Below, one piece after another: positions 52,360 to 64,000 of a DNA stretch of 64,000 nucleotides. Position numbers and translations under genes: made by a program. A model generated the notes under the pieces. The model saw nothing but the letters and a program-made list of their open reading frames with translations. It ran no database searches and was not told the DNA's origin. Source of the stretch: Octopus vulgaris. Its lineage: Eukaryota. The stretch lies in contig OX597823.1 in the NCBI GenBank assembly GCA_951406725.2, positions 68,820,001-68,884,000 of the forward strand, written 5' to 3'. Every line of letters begins with the position of its first letter. The stretch's first letter is position 1.

Positions 52360-53005
52360 ATGAAGTTGTAGTGGAGGAGAGGCCAGCCAATCAATATAAT
52401 GTGGAAAACCCTGAAATAAGAGAGGATATGACTGAGGAACAGAGAAACCTCAGGAAAAGACTATAAGGATATAATAATTACATGAGCAGTGACCAAGCCG
52501 GTGAATCGAAGAAGCTTCAACCATAACAATGTGAAACGTGTAACCCAAAAGATCTAACAGAAACAAGGGACTAGATCAGATCTGCTTCAATTTTAGTAGG
52601 TGAACTGGTTAGAATGAAAGAGAGGAAATTAGATGGACAGAAGGAGCCATGTTGGAAGCAGAGAGTTGAAGATGATATTCTAAGTTTGTGTAAATATCTG
52701 AGCTGCAGAGAAGAGTAGTCCAAAGGGCAATGGAAAAATGGAAAAGAAAATGCAAGGGCATATCTTGACGTGAAGTACCAAATAAAAAAGAAAGGGTTCA
52801 AAACTGTCATTGAAACCCTCAAACAACATGTGCAGGCTAAAAAATCAGCACTACACTGATCGCATATCACAGTTCCGGTAAAACTGGTTATTCTCAAATA
52901 ACCATAGGCAGTTTTTAAGGCCTAAAACACGTTTTTAAGTCCTAAAACACGTCAACTCAAAGAACCTTGTGACTGCCATCAACATATGGGCTGTTTCTGT
53001 ACTGC
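52360..53005 (+). mobile_element. Older R4/Dong-like fragment (pre-RT region joined to a post-RT piece)
   Basis: KEPCWKQRVEDDI, IETLKQHVQAK and KNLVTAINIWAVSVL in broken frames. Confidence 0.6.
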
Positions 53006-53169
53006 TAAAGTGCACCCATCCCATTCCATTTCTGCAAATAAAAAGTTCTTAAAAATTGCAATTGCTTATCACTTTTCCCATCCTGCTTAATTTTAAAGTG
53101 ATGTACAGAAACTATTTTTTTTCTTGAAGCATATGCTTCAAACATAGAAGATTGTGATTCCACACAAAA

Positions 53170-54016
53170 ATTAGGGCTAGCATTGGGGTTGGGTTTAGGA
53201 TTTAATATTAGGATTAGTACTGTAGTTTAGATTTTAAGGATATAATAAGGATTAGAATCTTGGGTTAAGTTTTAAGGTAAGAGCTGAGGGTTAGAATTTA
53301 GTGTTAGGGCTTCGTGTTAGCACTTAATTTTACTTTTTACTTTTACTTTTACTTGTTTCAGTCATTTGACTGCGGCCATGCGGGAGCACCGCCTTTGGTC
53401 AAGCAAATTGACCCCAGGACTTATTCTTTGGAAGCCTAGTACTTATTCTATCAGTCTCTTTTGCCAACACCACCATCAATTGTCAAGCGATGTTGGGGGG
53501 ACAAACACAGGCACACAAACATATATACACACATATATATATATACATATATATGACGGGCTTGTTTCAGTTTCCATCTACCAAATCCACTCACAAGGTT
53601 TTGGTTGACCTGAGGCTATAGTAGAAGACACTTGCCCAAGGTGCCATGCAGTGGGAATGAAACCGGAACCATGTGGTTCATAAGCAAGCTACTTACCACA
53701 CAGCCACTCCTGTGCCTTACAACTTGGGGTTAGGGCAAGGATAAGTTTAAGCAAAGATTGAAAAGAGATTCAAAAGATTTGAATTTGTGTACAATTTTTT
53801 ACAAAATCGAACTTGCATATGTTTGGAATTTGGATATCAAAGAAAAATATATTCTTAAAACTAGAAAAATAAAAAGGTCTACAAAGTGTTCTTAGTCTGA
53901 AATTTTGTTGATCGATTTTTTTCAAAAAGATTTAGTATAAGTTAAATAAAGAGCTTTGTGGTGTTACTATCAATTCTCTGAGTCATTAACTCAGGCAACA
54001 CCAGGTAATTCAGCTA

Positions 54017-54017
<1 letters not shown>
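53170..54017 (+). mobile_element. Possible Helitron-like element with degenerate (TTAGGG)n, interrupted by a SINE
   Basis: Degenerate telomere-like hexamers at 53170-53320 resume at 53723-53750. The 3' end tcaggcaacaccaggtaattcagcta resembles the end at 41950-41976. Confidence 0.4.
53329..53716 (-). repeat. SINE family B copy
   Basis: Reverse complement of 19415-19830 with an internal deletion. Confidence 0.88.
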
Positions 54018-54047
<30 letters not shown>

Positions 54048-55324
54048 ATGTATGTATGTATGTATGTATATATATATAGTTAAAATTCTATTTAGCAGAT
54101 TTCTTACATTGGTATAGGACAGCAAAATTACAGAGTAATGGCTGTAACATACAGAATTAACTCCACTGTAGCTATTATATTGACTTCAGATTAAATACTT
54201 TGAAAATGAGGGAGGAAACTAGCTACCCTGTGATTGAAATCACTTTTGATTTTTATTATGGCTCAAGACTGCACGTTCTGTGTATGTCGATGCTGGTGCC
54301 TGAATTGCACTTTATTTCATTGACTTTGAAATGATGGAAAGCAAAACTAACCTAGGAAGAATTTGGTGTCAGACTGTAAAGCTATGCCACTAAATTCTAC
54401 AATGTATTTTGCCTGTCTGTCACTCTACCTATTGAGTCAATACATACTGAGATATCTATAATTCATAATTAACAAGAACAAAACACAAACTACATAATGT
54501 CATGAACACAAGAGCAGACACTATTTTACCTCATGTTTGTTTAAACCATTGTGGCTAAGGCCATACTGGAATGCCATCATCTATGAAAGCTTACTGAATA
54601 TTTTATGAAGGATTGTATAAGTTTTCAATACTGTAGCTAACTAACAAAAATAACAAGCCAAAAAGAAACAAAACAAAAATCTTTGTCAATGAACCTGCAT
54701 TATCTGTTTATATTCAACCTAACTACATTTTTTATTGCTGACATTTTGAATCACCTCTATTATTAGAATATTTTGTGTGTATCTCTCAGAAAATTAACTC
54801 ATCTATTATTTCCAGGAATTTGCTATTGTAATTCATAACATTTATCACTCTTCTACTTGGAAGCATCTTGCTGTTTTAGAACAATGTTTCCAAATGTTGC
54901 TGCAACAATTGTTACTTCTGTCATTTTGAAAAACAAAATTTGTTGTGTCTTTCTATGACTTCATAACATTTAGTATGATATGGTGAGATTGAATTTTTGA
55001 TAAGCTTACAGATTTCAGATTACCTTGCATACGAATTTAGTAAGTAGGTTACTCTCATAGTGCATTTCATATCCATTGAAGAAATTGAACTCTTCATTGG
55101 AAAATATCCAGCAATTGTGTACTGTTTCTTTTGCAGCAGTTGATGTTGTTGTTGTTGCTATTATCATTGTTTTTATTTTATTTTGCTAGTTTTGTATTGT
55201 GTTTGGTGAATATTAATCCTCTATTTTTCTGTGGCAAGAGAGAGAAAGAATTATTTGTGTATTTTGATGCAGAACATTAACCATACAACTCTCTCTCTCT
55301 TTCTTTCTTTCTCTATCTCTCTCA

Positions 55325-55368
55325 ATATTATATATATATATATACATATATATACATGTATATACATG

Positions 55369-55436
<68 letters not shown>

Positions 55437-55443
55437 CATATAT

Positions 55444-55486
<43 letters not shown>

Positions 55487-55546
55487 TACACATATATATA
55501 TAAAATGTATATATACACATATATATACATATGTATATATACATAC

Positions 55547-55579
<33 letters not shown>

Positions 55580-55702
55580 CATACAAACATATATAAATAT
55601 ATATACATGCATACATAAATATATATACATACATACATACTGCACATTCTGTATATGTCACACACACACACACACATATATATATGTATATGTATATATA
55701 TA
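55325..55702. repeat. Interrupted (TA)n/(CA)n microsatellite
   Basis: Directly visible. Confidence 0.95.
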
Positions 55703-56066
55703 GGATATGAAAGGTATTGGTGTCAGGAAGACCCAAAAGGTATCAGGTAAACGCTAACTAAGTGCCTTGGATAGACCATAATTAAGATCCAGGCTCAATA
55801 ATGATACGAGTGAGGAGTCCAACATGGGTCATGTATTAGCAAGCATGTATATAAATTGACACAATGAGATAAAAAAAAAAACCAAGGCTGTAAATAGATT
55901 TCATAACATTTATCAAAGAAAGGTTATACAGCTGTTTCTGGGATATTTCATATTTGAACATGTATTTTCTTAAGAAGAAATTTTTGTCCATGTTGTGTGT
56001 GATGATATTTACAAGTGAATAACTTCACAAGCAGAGAAATAAGGGGAGGTAATTGGTTATCATTAT

Positions 56067-56414
56067 TGGCTGTTGCCAATGCCGCCCTGACTGGCCTCGT
56101 CCGGTGGCACGTAAAAAGCACCATCCAATTGTGGCTGTTGCCAGCCTCACCTGGCCCCCATGCCAGTGACACGTAAAAAGCACCATCTGATCGTTGCCGC
56201 TTGCCAGCCTCGTCTGGCACCTGTGCCGGTGGCACGTAAAAAGCACCCACTATACTCACGGAGTAGTTGGTGTTAGGTAGGGCATCCAGCCGTAGAAACA
56301 TTGCCAGATCAGACTGGGCCTGCTGCAGCCTTCTGGCTTCCCAGACCCCAGTTGACCCGTCCAACCCATGCTAGCATGGAAAGCGGATGCTAAACGAAGA
56401 TGATGATGATGATG
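56067..56414 (+). repeat. SINE family C with three internal modules
   Basis: Modules at about 56098, 56160 and 56222; same tail as 11070-11450. Confidence 0.87.
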
Positions 56415-57274
56415 TTGTGGGCAATACTGTTCAGCTTTTGGTAAGGGGAGGAGAATATATATATATACACCAAAAATAGTTTCGAAAAAGGTGTTTATAT
56501 ATACACACAGACAAGACTAACATTCTGTCAGTTACAAGTATTCCAGTCGATCTGATGAATGGAACAGCCTGCTCACAAAAATTAATATGCAACTGGCCGA
56601 GCACTCCAAAACATTCATACCCTTAAAGTAGTTTGCAGGAAGATTTAGCATCACACAGAATGCGACCAGGCTGACCTTTTGAATTACAGATACAACTCAT
56701 TTTTGCCAGCTGTATGGCCTGGAGCCATGTGAAATAAAATGTTTTGCCTAATGACACAAAGTGCCTATCATGTTTATGGAAGCCTTTTATCTACTACCTC
56801 TCAAATACTAGGATTTCTTAAGCAATACTTTTCTCATAGCGAAGGCTTTCATGTTTACTAATCACTTGGCTTCCATCTACATATTGTATACAAACAGTAA
56901 AATTTGTTCCTTCTCCACTTCATCAGGTTCATTTTTATACACAAAGATATGCCAGTCTTCAATCAAGCATGATCACTGGTTTTACCAATGTCCCTTGTGT
57001 AACCCTCACCTATCTTCATCAAACTCTCAACCATACTCTTTCTACAGAGATTTATCCTGATTTTTGGAAACAGGCATAAACAACACTAAATAACAGCAAC
57101 AATGACCAATGGTTCCTTGTGCTTGGGAGATTCTTTGAAAATAAGACTGCTGTATTGCATTTGACATCAGTATAACCTCTGATTACATCTGACACAAGAA
57201 CCTAATCTTGCTCTACTTTGGGTCCCATTCACTGCTCATCTCTTGTTCTAGAAGCTTCTTGCCATTATCCTTTT

Positions 57275-57655
57275 CTAATCTAGGCACAAGGCCCCAAATT
57301 TGGAGGGGAGGGGGCCAGTCGATTAGATCGACCCCACTATGCAACTGGTACTTAATTTATTGACCCCGAAAGGATGAAAGGCAAAGTCGACCTTGGCGGA
57401 ATTCGAATTCAGAACGTATAGACAAATGAAATACCTATTTCTTTACTACCCACAAGGGGCTAAACACAGAGAGGACAAACAAGGACAGACAATTACATCG
57501 ACCCCAGTGCGTCACTGGTATTTAATTTATCAACCCCGAAAGGATGAAAAGCAAAGTCAACCTCAGCAGAATTTGAACTCAGAACGTAACAGCAGACGAA
57601 ATACCGCTAAGCATTTCACCCGGCATGCTAACATTCCTGTCAGCTCACTGCTTCT
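57275..57655 (-). repeat. Two tandem SINE family A copies
   Basis: ccccgaaaggatgaaa.gcaaagtc.acct occurs twice (about 57364 and 57534). Confidence 0.82.
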
Positions 57656-59572
57656 TGTCATTATCATACTACTGTAGCATGTGTTGATAATTTTGAGCCA
57701 CATTCTATCAACTCAGGTATCTCCTTAGCATCCTTTATATTCCTCAAACTCTCCCTCCTGTACAGTAACAAACTATTTTCTGTCACCTCTACCAGCTCTC
57801 CCTCCTCTTTAAATGATGCTGTTCTTCCTCATTTTTATCCTTCTACACGCAGGCACCATTTGCATGCAAACTAGACATTTCATGGCAAAGCTGCTTTGCC
57901 TCTATGGGAAATAACCTCTATTAGAGGCATGATAATCTAGAATCTTTCACAAAGACACTAAAACACAATCACTGTTCATATCAAGAAAATGATCTTGTAC
58001 ATTAACCTCTGAAGTCTTGGACAGCATTTAAAATGTGTTCAATGACCCATTAATTAAATTACATTTTCTGAATTTTTTTTTTTTTCCTAAAAGCATTTTT
58101 TTTACTTGCTTTCTTATTCTGTCTGGAATATTAATATTTTTTATTCTACATTATAATTTCATTCAATCAGACACAAAACACATATTTTATACTAAATTTC
58201 CTTGTGAACATTGACAACTGTCCATAATAAGAAGACTGTTTTGGAAATCAAACTTGTATTTTGTTGCTTTTTTTTTTGTTTTTACTGTGTAGTATTCATT
58301 TCATTTTAGGCATAAAAATAAAACATTTTATACTTAATTATACCTAAATAAAAATATTCTATGCTTCAAAATTACAGCAAATATTATGATGATCTTTCCT
58401 TGTGATCCTATTTACACAGTATAGATTGCTTTGCAACTCAAAGGTTGATATTCTCTTGAGAGCCAGAAAATAATTTAGCTCTGATCAATTTTGACCCTCT
58501 ACACAGGTACGACCTACAAGGAAATATTGCTCCCATACAGGGCACAAACTGCTGCTATGTACTCTAACAACTTAAATTACATCTAAAAGAAGGTAGTTCA
58601 ACTCATTGGAAAAGACTCAGTCACTAATACTCTATAGTTTAGGGCTTCATAATCTGTAAGTATATAAAATTTAGTTGAAAACCATATACGTTTTTTTTAA
58701 TTCATTAAACCTTCTGGTATGATTTTTTTAAAAAGGGTCTTCCAAGTTTTATATAGTTTAGGGTCTCATTAAATCTAAATTGATGGGGAGACAGCATATC
58801 TAACCCTCAGATATATTGTCTTCTCCACTCTCCTTGTTTATTGCTACTATAGAAACTAACCTATTCACCTCTGACCTGGCTAGTTGTATACTACATCCTT
58901 TCAGGCCAGCTTGTCTTTCCTTTTCTCTCATAATGCCAGCAATGTTTCACTTGCCCACACATTATTACTCACACTAATCACTGTATCCAATTCAATATTA
59001 TACTTCTGGAATTTCTTTTCAGCCCATGATTTTCCGGCAAGTCATCACCCTCAGATGTTCAAGCTGATCATATCATCAGTATCAAAAGGTCTTTGATACT
59101 CATATCCATTTCCCCACTTCTAGACTAAGATATAAGAACAGGCTAAATGTATAAGAGTATTTAGTTTTGTTATCCTAATCGCTGAGTTTAGAATCTATAT
59201 ACCAGTTGATCTTTGTGACATTGATGTTTTTCATCTGCATGGAAAACTATTTAGTTGTAGCATATAACTTCTTTTAGATGGGTAACCTAATCAGCTGCAT
59301 AGTCAGGCATTGTGAAAGCGTAGCGACCAGCGAAAGGATGTGAATGAAAAATTCAGCAAAATTAAACCTCAGTTGGCAACAAAGGGCTTTTCTCTGTAAA
59401 TGATGGATAGATTCATGCTATTTGTATACAAAGTGTGATGTTGCATGGCAGCAAAAAATGGGTCTGTTAAATAAAGTGGATATGGAAGGATTGGAAAGAA
59501 AATATAAGTGTATGACTGAGTGTGATTCATTATGCCTGGAAAATGAAGTACAAGTAAGCTCACAGATTGTGC

Positions 59573-60028
<456 letters not shown>

Positions 60029-60639
60029 GAATTGTGTACATTATAATTAGCCTTAGTGGGGTACTTCTTTTCATTCACAAAAAGTGCTCAACAAATATTG
60101 ATATAAATCACGAATTGTAATTTATATGAACAAATTATGAATAAATTCAGAATATAGCATGAGTTCTATTCAATAAGAGAATAAATAGAAACAGCTAACT
60201 TCTGTTGCATGCTATGAAAGAAATATACGTTATGTTTTTAGTTATTAGCAAATCAAATATGCATGAATGCATTAGTGTTGCAATAAAAGAGTGACAAATG
60301 CTACAAGTACAATGTGAAAACTATAGCATTGGACTCACCAAAGACTTGTGAGTAGATCTGGTAGATGGAAACTGAATGAATCTTATCATATGCATATATG
60401 TATATATATATCTGTGTGTGTGTCTTTGTGTCCGTGTTTGTCTCCCATCACTGCTTAACAGCTGGTGTTGGCATGACTGTGTTTCTGTAACTTGGTGGTT
60501 CAGCATAAGAGACCGATGGAATAAATACCAGGCTTCAAAAGATTAGTACTGTGGTTGATTCATTCAGCTAAAAATTCAAGGTGGTGCCCCAGCATGGCCA
60601 CAGTCTAATGACTGAAACGAGTAAAAGGATACATAAGAG

Positions 60640-60890
60640 AAGACTGCAGCATGAGTATGGACATGTGGTCATATGGAGAATGATGGTTTGGGAAATGAGT
60701 ACATAAAGAAGTGCACAAAAGAGGAAAACTAATGTGAGTTGAAGAAGTAAGGAGGGATCCCAGCTTACAAGATCTTAGAAAGGAGGTGATGAAAGAACAT
60801 GATGAGTGGAGATATGCTGTGCTGGAACAGATTCATTCAACTCAAGCCATTCAAAAGGTGGACATAGAAACATAAACAGTGACAATGATA
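60640..60890 (+). mobile_element. Highly decayed RTE-like 3' end
   Basis: RRLQ..YGHV and DEWRYAVLE-like remnants, followed by a tail loosely similar to the SINE C tail (gtggacat..aaac). Confidence 0.4.
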
Positions 60891-61262
60891 ACAGAATATC
60901 AGAACATATTAGGACTCATTTAGTCAAGTGTATATTCTTATATAAATATAATTTATTTTTATACTTGAGAAAGAAATGAGTATTAGACAGGTAAACAAGA
61001 AAATACAAGTTCATATTTCAAAACTATATTTCCTATTATGGACTAATGTTCACAATCAGATTTAGAATAAAGTATGTGTTTTTGTGTTTGATTGAACGAA
61101 ATTATAATGTGGAATAGAAAATATATTAATATTCTAGACAGAATAGGAAATCAAGTAGAAAAAAAATGATTTTTGGGAAAAAAGTTTTTTTTTTCAGAAA
61201 ACATAATTTAATTAATGGGTCATTGAACACATTTTTCTCTCTTGTATGGTGTTTGCTCAAAA

Positions 61263-61294
<32 letters not shown>

Positions 61295-62387
61295 GCACAC
61301 ACACACACACACAGACGCATACACTTACACGCATATATATCTTCTTATATGTTGAAATTACCAAAAATCAAAATTCTGATATACTTTGATCATGTTTAAC
61401 CATTTATGTTTGCTGAAAAGATACTGATATCAATATGAACAACATCAACACAAAGTGAAATGAATAAATAAATAAATAACAAATAACAACATACAAGCAG
61501 ATAAATATATATATAAATAAATAAATATAAAAAAGTGAAACACAGACAGTTCAAAGCTTCCATGGTAAAAATCAACAATTGGTTATACAAGAATTATTAA
61601 TTTTAAATGGAAGGTGGGGTGGAGGTGGTGGTAGCAAAGACAAAATAAATAAATGAAATAAATGAAAGTAAGGAAGGAAAGAGAGATAGAAAAACATATT
61701 TATATGCTAATAATGATCTGATACAATGTAATATAACTTTACTGGCCCTTGCTTCTATGTAGTGCAATAAATCAAATCTAATTCATCCAAGTTGTCAGAT
61801 AGAAATGGAATGCTATGGAAGTTGAAAAATATCTGCAAAATCAACTTTACAGAGTGCTTAAAATATTAAACCAATAGAAGCATATAATGGTGAGTAATCA
61901 GCTAAATAAAATTTCCATAAATCAAAACAACAAAAGAACCAAAAAAAAAAAAACGGTAAAAAAGAACTACTCTGAAAAATATTTTAAATGGCAGCATAGG
62001 ATCTTATGATGGTTCCTTATCATAGACATCAGTCATATATTGTTACAGTAGTGTTTATTATGTTAAATTGCTTGGATAATCTCGGATGATCGAAGTATTT
62101 TTCAACTAACTGTGAGACCCAATCATGAGTTTTATTACACTGTACTATGCTGCTCAACTCCTGTAAGTTTTTAGTTTCATGTATTCTCTCATGTGAACTG
62201 ATACTCTGACCCATTCATGCACTAATGTCTTTGGAAAACAAAATATATTTTGCTTCATTGGTTATTCTGAAGGATTCCCAACTTGAGATTTGTGGTCGTA
62301 AATCTCTAATAGAAAAGGACATATATGTCTGTCTGTTTGTCTGTCTGTCTGTCCGTCCGTCCGTCCGTCCATCTATCTATCTGTCTG

Positions 62388-62432
<45 letters not shown>

Positions 62433-62457
62433 ATATATATATATATATATCTGTCTA

Positions 62458-62489
<32 letters not shown>

Positions 62490-62502
62490 TCTAGCTAGCT
62501 AG

Positions 62503-62564
<62 letters not shown>

Positions 62565-62909
62565 GTCTGTCTGTCTGTCTGTCTACCTGCCTGTTGCCTG
62601 CCTGCCTGCCTGCCTGCCTGTCTGTAGATGAATATGTACATTTTGGTTTAAAATTTTGGCACAAGGCTAGCAATTTTGGGGGAGGGGATAAGTTGATTAC
62701 ATCAACTCCAGTGTTCAACTGGTTCTTATTTTATCAACCCCAAAAGACGAAAGGCGAAGACGACCATGACATTTTTTGATCTCAGAAAGTAAAGACAGAC
62801 AAAACGCCTGGTGTGATAATAATTCTGCTAGCTCACTGCCTTCGTGAATATATACATATTCATATATAAATATATGTCTCTCTCTCTCTCTCTCTTTATA
62901 TATATATAT

Positions 62910-63239
62910 CTGGCCTCCGTGCTGGTGGCACGTAAAAGGCACCATTCAAGCGTGATTGCTACCAGCATCGCCTTACTGGCACCTGTGCCGGTGGCATGTG
63001 TAAATTATATGAATGAGGTCGTTGCCAGTACCGCCTGACTGGCTCTGTGCCGGTGGTACGTAAAAAGCACCCACTACACTCTTGGAGTAGTTGGCATTAG
63101 GAAGGGCATCCAGCTTTAGAAACTCTGCCAGATCAAGATTGAAGCCTGGTTCAGCCATCTGGTTCGCCAGACCTCAGTCAGATCGTCCAACCCATGCCAG
63201 CATGGAAAGCGGACCTTAAACGATGATGATGATGATGAT
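62910..63239 (+). repeat. SINE family C, variant subfamily with three modules
   Basis: Modules at about 62918, 62984 and 63046; (GAT)n tail. Confidence 0.85.
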
Positions 63240-63241
63240 AC

Positions 63242-63284
<43 letters not shown>

Positions 63285-63304
63285 AATTATGTATATATAT
63301 ATAT

Positions 63305-63532
63305 ATCACCATCATTTAGCACCCACTTTCCATACTGGTATAAGTTAGACACGTTGACTGAAACTGGTAAACTGGAGAGCTGCACCTGGTTCCAGTCAGA
63401 TTTTGGCTTGATTTCTATTGGCTGGATGCCCTTCTTAACACCAACCACTTTTGAGAGTGTAGTGGGTGCCTTTTACTTGTCACTGACACAGGTGCTTTTA
63501 CATGTCATTTGTGTGGATGCCTTTACATGTCA
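63305..63532 (-). repeat. Older SINE family C copy, inverted relative to its neighbour
   Basis: ggctggatgcccttcttaacaccaaccact...gtgtagtgggtgccttttac. Confidence 0.75.
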
Positions 63533-63554
63533 CCATACACACACACACACACAC

Positions 63555-64000
63555 AAATATAAAACTGAAGGCTATCCTGTGATGGAGTTCAACCAAACGC
63601 ATACCCTCCATCAGACACCTACCATATTCTGAGCGCCTTGTTTCCCTGGGCATGGATTCACTGAAGCTCCGGCGTCTGGCGACGGACTTGGTAAACGCCC
63701 ACAAAGTTGTCAACCACCTCACCAATAACAACACTGAACACCTTTTTGATCTCCATGTGTCTAACACACGTGGACATGCCTACAAAGTCAGAAAACAACA
63801 CAGCTCCCATGACTTTTGGAAACATTTCTTCACGCTCAGAGTTGCTGAAGCATGGAATAAACTGCCTGCGTCAGTTGTTGACTGCCATGACACTGCATCC
63901 TTTAAGGCCCTCATGCTTTCCGAAATCCGTCGAAACTACACCTGATTATATATACACTTTAGATGAGTTGTAGTGCACCTGAGCACTGTACACAATGTTT
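63555..64000 (+). mobile_element. CR1-clade LINE 3' end
   Basis: PYSERLVSLGMDSLKLRRLATDL, TRGHAYKVRK and HFFTLRVAEAWNKLPASVV...SFK; stop at 63945, then a short 3' UTR. Confidence 0.88.

Noticed and set aside
56552-56600. Isolated CTGATGA (others at ~12256 and ~13308)
   Set aside because: No downstream stem II plus GAAAC-N4-GTH arrangement; the 56.5-kb hit lies within a probable SINE.

Overview
AT-rich, microsatellite-dense animal genomic DNA with no confidently identifiable host protein-coding gene. The SINE families and simple-repeat load look like an Octopus (coleoid cephalopod) genome; this is an inference from recognition, not from a database search. The window is mostly nested, decayed transposons. 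DNA transposons: a Tc1 (DD34E) inserted into a SINE microsatellite, a pogo/Tc2-like element, two hAT derivatives, a Mutator-like MITE with a 9-bp TSD, Helitron-like elements and a mariner (DD34D). Retroelements: a Gypsy/Mag LTR element that splits the mariner, R4/Dong, RTE and CR1 LINE fragments, and many SINEs. The most interesting signals are RNA-structural. (1) A 5'-truncated Penelope-like element (GIY-YIG at 27720-28256) is bracketed by a 118-bp inverted repeat, each arm carrying an intact-core minimal type I hammerhead ribozyme with a long stem II. Further hammerhead relics from other families lie at about 28.5, 39.9 and 55.9 kb. (2) A SINE family carries tandemly multiplied ~62-nt modules, each predicted to fold into a compact H-type pseudoknot plus a hairpin. 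(3) The Tc1 element has a perfect ETS-CRE composite motif and a predicted 5'-UTR intron ending exactly at the transposase ATG. Most ORFs in the supplied track are microsatellite or SINE artefacts. All alignments and folds were done by eye, so boundaries of decayed elements are approximate.
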